A stretch of DNA of 54,349 nt from Candidatus Iainarchaeum sp. (GTDB lineage Archaea > Iainarchaeota > Iainarchaeia > Iainarchaeales > DTGL01). The translations under genes and the position numbers were made by a program. The DNA lies in the NCBI GenBank assembly GCA_017608575.1, contig JAFCFP010000002.1, positions 1-54,349 on the forward strand, written 5' to 3'. The stretch's first letter is position 1. Every line of letters starts with the position of its first letter. Shown here one piece after another: positions 51,316-54,349 of this stretch. The notes beneath the pieces are model-generated. The model had not been told where the DNA came from. It ran no database searches and saw nothing but the letters and a program-made list of their open reading frames with translations.

Positions 51316-52467
51316 TCATCCAAGCATTGAAATCGCCCAAGGCAACGCAATAATTGTTCCAATTGCGGAACCAATATTTGCAAAAACAACCACTAATAAA
51401 ATCCGCGAAACATTGTTTTTGTACAAGCCACGCAATGAAATTGTGCCAAGCGTTTCAAAGTCCTTTACTTTGGGTGTTCTCTGCTTTGCTTCCATTATTC
51501 CAGCAAACCAGCCGGCTGCCAAGAGTGGATGCAATGAGGTTAAAGGTGCAGCAATAAACGCCACAATAATGGATTTCCAGTGAGCTCCAGCCAAAAGCGC
51601 TCCAAGCGCTGACAGCGAACCGTTGACGGCAATCCAAAGCCAGAGAATTCCAATTGTTGTGTTTATTCCACGGTAAAGCAATCCAATGGCAAGAATAGTG
51701 GCAAAAAACAATGGAACCAGGTATTTTAAGTAATTCAGAGAACTTTTTTTTCTTGGCACATTGTTTAAATGTGAAATGTTTCTCTTTTTGTCAAGGTATT
51801 TTTTTATTCCGCCAATGTGACCCGCGCCCACAACTGCAACGATTTTTTTTCCTTTCGCTGCAAGAATCCTGTTTGCTATAAACAAATCCCTTTCATCCAC
51901 TAAAACCTTTTTAACAGAGGGAAGCTCTTTTCCCAATTCATCCATTAATTCCGAGATAACATCTTTTTGTTTTAGTTCTTCTATTTTTTCCTTTGTTATT
52001 TCCTCTCCAATTCCAAACAGGGAAGAAAATACTCCAAAGAATAATTTTAATTTTTCAATAAATGAAAGCTCTGCAAGGGCTCTTCGCAGAGTAATTGAAA
52101 TGTCCCTGTCCAGCAAAACTAACGGTGTGCCAGTGGCTGTTGCAATTTTTATAGCGGTTTTCATTTCTTTGCCTGGTTCAATGCCGACTTTTTCACCAAG
52201 CCTGCGTTGAATGCTTGAAAGCAACAAATTAAACAAAAGCAGGTATGCTTTGCCTTGTTTTATTATGCTGACCAAGTCCAGTTCTCGCCATTTCTTTCCA
52301 GAAAGCAGTTGGTGGAAGCGCTGGCTGTCTAATTCAACCCCAATTGCGTCAGGTTTTTCTTCTTCAATTGTTTTTTTAACCAATGAAACGCTTTTTTGGC
52401 TTATATGCGCAGTGCCAACAAGGATTATTTCTTTTTTTGCTGTTTTAATTTTTTCAATGCAGTCCAT
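51316..52467 (-). CDS. traB: TraB/PrgY-family protein with C-terminal TM region
   Basis: IILVGTAHISQKSVSLVKKTIEEEKPDAIGVELD and VVGAGHIGGI are TraB hallmarks. The C-terminal third is hydrophobic. Confidence 0.78.
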   Translation of the reverse strand: MDCIEKIKTAKKEIILVGTAHISQKSVSLVKKTIEEEKPDAIGVELDSQRFHQLLSGKKWRELDLVSIIKQGKAYLLLFNLLLSSIQRRLGEKVGIEPGKEMKTAIKIATATGTPLVLLDRDISITLRRALAELSFIEKLKLFFGVFSSLFGIGEEITKEKIEELKQKDVISELMDELGKELPSVKKVLVDERDLFIANRILAAKGKKIVAVVGAGHIGGIKKYLDKKRNISHLNNVPRKKSSLNYLKYLVPLFFATILAIGLLYRGINTTIGILWLWIAVNGSLSALGALLAGAHWKSIIVAFIAAPLTSLHPLLAAGWFAGIMEAKQRTPKVKDFETLGTISLRGLYKNNVSRILLVVVFANIGSAIGTIIALPWAISMLG

Positions 52468-52471
52468 GGAA

Positions 52472-53137
52472 TCACTTCATTAACCCAAGTTTCACGAGGG
52501 CAGTATAATTATGCACTTTCCAAGGGGAAATCCTTCCATTAAAAGAGCACTTTCTTTTGAGAATTTTTTTGCGAGCTTCTTCAATTGTTGAAGCGTTCAC
52601 TTCAACAAAAGCATTTCCTAATTCAATGGAAAAATGCGCATCAGAGCCGGCGGTGAATGGCTTTTTGTGTTGTGCAGCATATCTTTCAGCGAGCTTGTTG
52701 GAAAAATTAAACCTGCACCTTGAATTGAACACTTCAATTGCATTCACTTTGCTTAAAACAGAATCAATTCCTTTAAAGCTGTGGAACAAGGGCTTTCTAA
52801 AATAATCAAAAGGGTGTGGCACGGAAATAAATGCATCCTGTTCTTTCAAGGCATCAATTACATCACACAGTTCTCCTGCTGGAACTTCTTCTTGCATGAA
52901 CAAGCCAAGCAATTCACCCAAGTAATTCCTGCCAGAAAAAACCTTTATTTCTTCTCCGAGTATTAATGGCCATTTTTCCTTAATCGCTGCACGCCTGGCT
53001 TCACGCCAGCCTTTTGTGTTGTCGTGATCAGTCAAAGCCGGAATTACTTTTCTGTGCTTGGCTATTTGAATGATTTTTTGAGGCGGAATGTTTCCGTCAC
53101 CTGAATACTTTGAGTGAATGTGCAAATCCAGCTTCAA
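52472..53137 (-). CDS. PHP-domain metal-dependent phosphoesterase
   Basis: MKLDLHIHSKYSGDG, ALTDHDN, and the GSDAH His/Asp series of the PHP fold. Confidence 0.8.
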   Translation of the reverse strand: MKLDLHIHSKYSGDGNIPPQKIIQIAKHRKVIPALTDHDNTKGWREARRAAIKEKWPLILGEEIKVFSGRNYLGELLGLFMQEEVPAGELCDVIDALKEQDAFISVPHPFDYFRKPLFHSFKGIDSVLSKVNAIEVFNSRCRFNFSNKLAERYAAQHKKPFTAGSDAHFSIELGNAFVEVNASTIEEARKKILKRKCSFNGRISPWKVHNYTALVKLGLMK

Positions 53138-53190
53138 AAAATAACACCTTAAAAGCGCATAGAATTTGAATAATGTGATTGAATGTGTTT

Positions 53191-53613
53191 TTAGTTTTTT
53201 CCTTTTGTTATTTTTGCCACCATGCAGTCTTCATTTGAGGAAATTATTTCGCCCGGCGAAACTGCAAGTGTCCTTTTTTCAGCCACTGAAATAAAAAGAA
53301 CGCTCTCAGTTGCAGCTTTTTCTGAGAGCAGCAATTTTACGCCATACACTGAAATAGGAGGCAGGAATTCCTTACTGTAACCAGTAATTCTCTCAGTTTC
53401 CTTTGAATCCGCTTCTCTTAGGGAAGGAGTGCTGCTTTCCTCTTCGAGTTTTTTAATGTCAATTCGCTGGCTTGAAAGGCAGACTGCCAAAACTGGCAAA
53501 AAGCCCTTTTCACTTGAGAGAAAAAGCGCGCATTGGGCTTTGCTGTGAGAAAGAATGTCCTTGTGCAAAATCCGCGCTTTAAGTGAATTGGCTTGAATAA
53601 AATCCTCAAGCAT
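53191..53613 (-). CDS. ybaK: YbaK/ProX-like aminoacyl-tRNA trans-editing domain protein
   Basis: From ATG 53613: PVLAVCLSSQRIDIKKLEE...ERITGYSKEFLPPISVYGVKLLLSEK...LAVSPGEI follows the YbaK/tRNA_edit pattern. The track N-terminal extension is hydrophobic junk. Confidence 0.55.
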   Translation of the reverse strand: MLEDFIQANSLKARILHKDILSHSKAQCALFLSSEKGFLPVLAVCLSSQRIDIKKLEEESSTPSLREADSKETERITGYSKEFLPPISVYGVKLLLSEKAATESVLFISVAEKRTLAVSPGEIISSNEDCMVAKITKGKN

Positions 53614-53690
53614 AATTAATAGTAAATATATAGGAAAGAAATAAAAAAGGAAAAGGGGCAGGATTGCTACGTGAAAAAACAAAAAAGCCT

Positions 53691-54349
53691 TTAAAGCCCT
53701 GCTTCTTTTCTGAGCAATTCAGCTTTGTCTGTTTTCTCCCAGGAAAAATCTGGTTCTTCCCTCCCAAAGTGCCCATAACAGGCGGTTTTTGCAAAAATTG
53801 GCCTCCGAAGGTTTAATTCCTCAATCATTTTCGCAGGAGCAAAATTAAAGTGCTTCTTAACCAATTCAAATATTTTGTCCGCTGGAATCTTGTTTGTTCC
53901 AAACAAGTCAATGAAAATTGAAACAGGTTCTCTGCTTCCAATCGCATAGGCAAGTTGCACTTCGCATCTTTCAGCCAGCCCAGCTTTTACCACATTCTTT
54001 GCAACATATCTTGCATAATAAGCAGCAGTCCTGTCCACTTTTGTGGGATCCTTGCCGCTGAATGCACCGCCTCCATGGTCTCCAACCCCACCATAAGTGT
54101 CAACTATTATTTTTCTACCAGTGCATCCAGCATCTGCAACCGGGCCACCTTCAACAAAGCGCCCTGTGTTGTTGATGAAGTATTTTGTATTTGAATCAAG
54201 GAATTCACTGCAAACCGGTTTTATTACCTTTTCTTTTATGTCCTCACGTAGCTTTTCCATTTTAATATCTGGGTCATGCTGTGCAGCAATTACAACTGCA
54301 TCAATTCTTTTTGGTTTCCCTGCATTGAATTCAAATGTTACCTGTGTTT
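53691..54349 (-). CDS. metK: S-adenosylmethionine synthetase, bacterial/eukaryotic MetK type (5' end outside window)
   Basis: [39 protein letters not shown] and [10 protein letters not shown]. The frame stays open upstream of the internal Met to the window edge (..[23 protein letters not shown]..). Confidence 0.92.
   Translation of the reverse strand, partial: TQVTFEFNAGKPKRIDAVVIAAQHDPDIKMEKLREDIKEKVIKPVCSEFLDSNTKYFINNTGRFVEGGPVADAGCTGRKIIVDTYGGVGDHGGGAFSGKDPTKVDRTAAYYARYVAKNVVKAGLAERCEVQLAYAIGSREPVSIFIDLFGTNKIPADKIFELVKKHFNFAPAKMIEELNLRRPIFAKTACYGHFGREEPDFSWEKTDKAELLRKEAGL

Noticed and set aside
1-54349. CRISPR arrays, rRNA genes, transposases/integrases, prophage or large defence operons
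   Set aside because: Reading through all intergenic gaps and long ORFs, I found no regularly spaced repeats, no rRNA-like segments and no recombinase-like ORFs. Gaps are mostly under 230 nt.

Overview
This is an AT-rich, very gene-dense chromosomal segment with about 75 protein genes and one tRNA. Many neighbouring genes overlap by 1-10 nt. It reads as archaeal: diphthine synthase, NucS/EndoMS, Trm5, ScpA, a KaiC-like ATPase, several small archaeal-type DUF-like proteins, and a tRNA-Pro(CGG) with a 51-nt intron at the canonical 37/38 position. Lysine-rich proteins, clear GGAGG/GGTGA Shine-Dalgarno motifs and several bacterial-type enzymes (Zn-lid Adk, MetK, a tryptophanase-like lyase) suggest a small-genome DPANN-like lineage (inference). 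Most content is housekeeping: nfo-like, SPFH, MscS, ScpA, AhcY, Adk, porGD-cutA-porAB, NikR, UDG, Dcd, a DHH phosphoesterase, two aminopeptidases, NucS, thiM-thiE-thiC-thiL-marC, enolase, PRPP synthase, Lhr helicase, Isf, ArsR-thioredoxin-permease, CTP synthase, a CDP-alcohol phosphatidyltransferase, TraB, PHP, YbaK-like and the 3' part of MetK. The unusual content is as follows. (1) A 700-bp vapBC cassette sits in the 3' end of a metallophosphoesterase gene, with a displaced relic of the original gene end. (2) A HEPN-MNT pair looks decayed. (3) A PAS-domain gene relic lies upstream of arsR. (4) NikR is divergent from two paralogous 3-TM proteins of no family I recognise. (5) A GC-rich nested-hairpin element follows nikR. 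(6) cutA is embedded in the POR operon. (7) A MarC-family gene is translationally coupled to the thiamine operon. (8) Two small genes and a truncated HEPN-like ORF fall below the 60-aa cutoff of the ORF track. I saw no rRNA, CRISPR array, transposase or integrase. No single large novel system stands out; the findings are ranked candidates.
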